Shown in pieces: positions 42,330 to 43,603 of a stretch of DNA of 43,603 nt. The position numbers were made by a program, and so were the translations under genes. The notes below the pieces were generated by a model that worked only from the letters and a program-made list of their open reading frames with translations, made no database searches and was not told where the DNA came from. Source of the stretch: an uncultured Pirellulales bacterium (GTDB lineage: Bacteria; Planctomycetota; Phycisphaerae; Sedimentisphaerales; Anaerobacaceae); assembly GCA_964440735.1 (NCBI GenBank), contig CAYTTK010000004.1, positions 1 through 43,603 of the forward strand, written 5' to 3'. The number at the start of each line of letters is the position of its first letter. Position 1 is the stretch's first letter.

Positions 42330-43603
42330 TCAGAGCGTCTTAAGGAGTAACCAGAACAGTCCTACAATACCGGCTGTAAGGGCTGTGCTGGCAAGGAAGC
42401 CCCAGGTATCTTCTTTTGTCCACTTACAGAATTCCCAGTTTGATTTCGGGAACAGTTTTGTGTGGTCGAACCTGGTCGGGTTGTCATAACTTTTCTGCAG
42501 CTCGGCTTTGTCTTTTTCGCGGTCGGCAGTAACCTTTGTTTTCATCTTGACATAGAAACGGGCTATATTTTCTTCCAGTCCTTTGTCTTTAGTGAACATG
42601 CTTATCGGGATCAGGATGATAAACGGCAAAAACGCATCAATAAGATATCGTATCATCAGCAGCGTGGAAGGCTTCATATCCTGAAGGTTCAGACCAATCA
42701 TTTTGGCGATAACAAGTTCGGAGTTTATTCTCCCGATACCCGCCATCGGTGAATTTGCATCGTCAGGATTGCTCCTTGCCACCTTATCGAAGTAAATGGC
42801 GGCAGGCGGAACTATAAGTTCTTTTTGAATTTTTTGACCTATTTCATCGGCGCGTCCCATATCGACATCGTCCTGGGTGGCCGGCGAATTGCGTACGACT
42901 ATTCTTTCTTTTGTTTGCTGAGTGAGCAATTTCGATTGCTTGACCGCTTTGAACATTGGCAATGTTCCCGGCAGAATCCCGAACAGCAGTGCACAGACGA
43001 TTACCTGTGTATATACAGACTTGAGAGTCAGACGTTTCCAGAAAAGCAGCAGTAATATCGGTGCACCGAAGATAATATTCAATGAAGGCAGCATCTTAAG
43101 TATATTGATTATACCGGTGCTTTTCACCGCAACATAGACGGAAAGCAGCAGGATTCCGGCGATTGAAACACGCGATGCATTAACGTAATGTCTTTCAGAT
43201 TTGTTTTGGGCAAATGGTTTGTATAAATGGCGAACGAACAGTGCTGACAGATATACGGATACACCTGCCAGGGTCGACATATTCGCCGCAAGGATACCTG
43301 AAATCATAATGCCCACCAGACCGACGCCGAGCAAATTGTCGCTCATCACTCCCCATGCCATATCGGGGTCTGATATCTCGTCGGAAAAAAGTGCAAAGGC
43401 GAGCAGGCCGCACATTGCCCACATAATTGTCAGGACTCTTTTGGTGTAATTACCGCCGATACAGCCTGTTCTCGCGGTCAACTCATCTTTGGCCGAGCCG
43501 TAATTGGACATATTACCCTGATGGCCGGTAATGCCGATAACATAGTTGGCCAGCAGATATGCGGCGATTGAGGCCAGAGAGAATTCATCCAGACCGGAGC
43601 CGA
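42330..43603 (-). CDS. Sodium:solute symporter (SSF) family protein, 5'-truncated by the window edge
   Basis: The frame is open upstream of track Met 43511 to the window end (...GSGLDEFSLASIAAYLLANYVIGITGHQGNMSNYGSAKDE...). SSF-like motifs (GSAKDELTARTG; LLLLFWKRLT) and multiple TM helices. Confidence 0.7.
   Translation of the reverse strand, partial: GSGLDEFSLASIAAYLLANYVIGITGHQGNMSNYGSAKDELTARTGCIGGNYTKRVLTIMWAMCGLLAFALFSDEISDPDMAWGVMSDNLLGVGLVGIMISGILAANMSTLAGVSVYLSALFVRHLYKPFAQNKSERHYVNASRVSIAGILLLSVYVAVKSTGIINILKMLPSLNIIFGAPILLLLFWKRLTLKSVYTQVIVCALLFGILPGTLPMFKAVKQSKLLTQQTKERIVVRNSPATQDDVDMGRADEIGQKIQKELIVPPAAIYFDKVARSNPDDANSPMAGIGRINSELVIAKMIGLNLQDMKPSTLLMIRYLIDAFLPFIILIPISMFTKDKGLEENIARFYVKMKTKVTADREKDKAELQKSYDNPTRFDHTKLFPKSNWEFCKWTKEDTWGFLASTALTAGIVGLFWLLLKTL

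Noticed and set aside
1-43603. Looked for CRISPR arrays, tRNA/rRNA genes, transposases or integrases, terminal inverted repeats, and defence-system hallmarks (nucleases, helicases, methyltransferases, toxin-antitoxin pairs)
   Set aside because: None was recognised by eye on either strand. The only ParB-like motif is embedded in the giant glycosyltransferase ORF and is not part of a partition or defence module.

Overview
The window is dominated by a flagellar gene cluster from a diderm bacterium (L- and P-ring genes are present). It is arranged as two divergent super-operons around a 646-bp control region (20446-21091).

Minus strand: a sigma54 promoter is followed by flgD-flgE-(membrane PilZ/YcgR-like)-flgF-flgG-flgA-flgH-flgI-(rod-binding FlgJ-like)-flgN-flgK-flgL. 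A second sigma54 promoter then drives TPR/glycosyltransferase genes. These end in a multidomain glycosyltransferase ORF of at least 1324 codons that runs off the left edge. This ORF is absent from the supplied ORF track; I found it by hand translation.

Plus strand: a FleQ/FlrA-like sigma54 activator, a perfect sigma54 promoter, two membrane-anchored TPR proteins, a second sigma54 activator, fliL-fliM-fliN-flhA, a small membrane ORF, fliA, and four uncharacterised small or lipoprotein genes. A sigma28-type promoter plus a flgM-like gene and a strong intrinsic terminator close the cluster.

The right part (35.9-43.6 kb) looks ordinary: an HPP membrane protein, a zinc-ribbon protein, a CheX-like/CBS protein, a TRAP transporter (dctPQM) and a 5'-truncated Na+/solute symporter. 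I saw no rRNA, tRNA, CRISPR array, transposase or integrase.

The most interesting content is the set of uncharacterised genes wired into the flagellar regulon:
- the TPR/glycosyltransferase module, including the giant fusion ORF
- two TM-anchored TPR proteins lying between two activators that have degenerate receiver domains
- a PilZ protein inside the rod/hook operon
- a post-fliA lipoprotein module

All functional calls come from motif recognition by eye; no database search was possible. ORF-track starts use the first ATG/GTG/TTG, so some may be over-extended.
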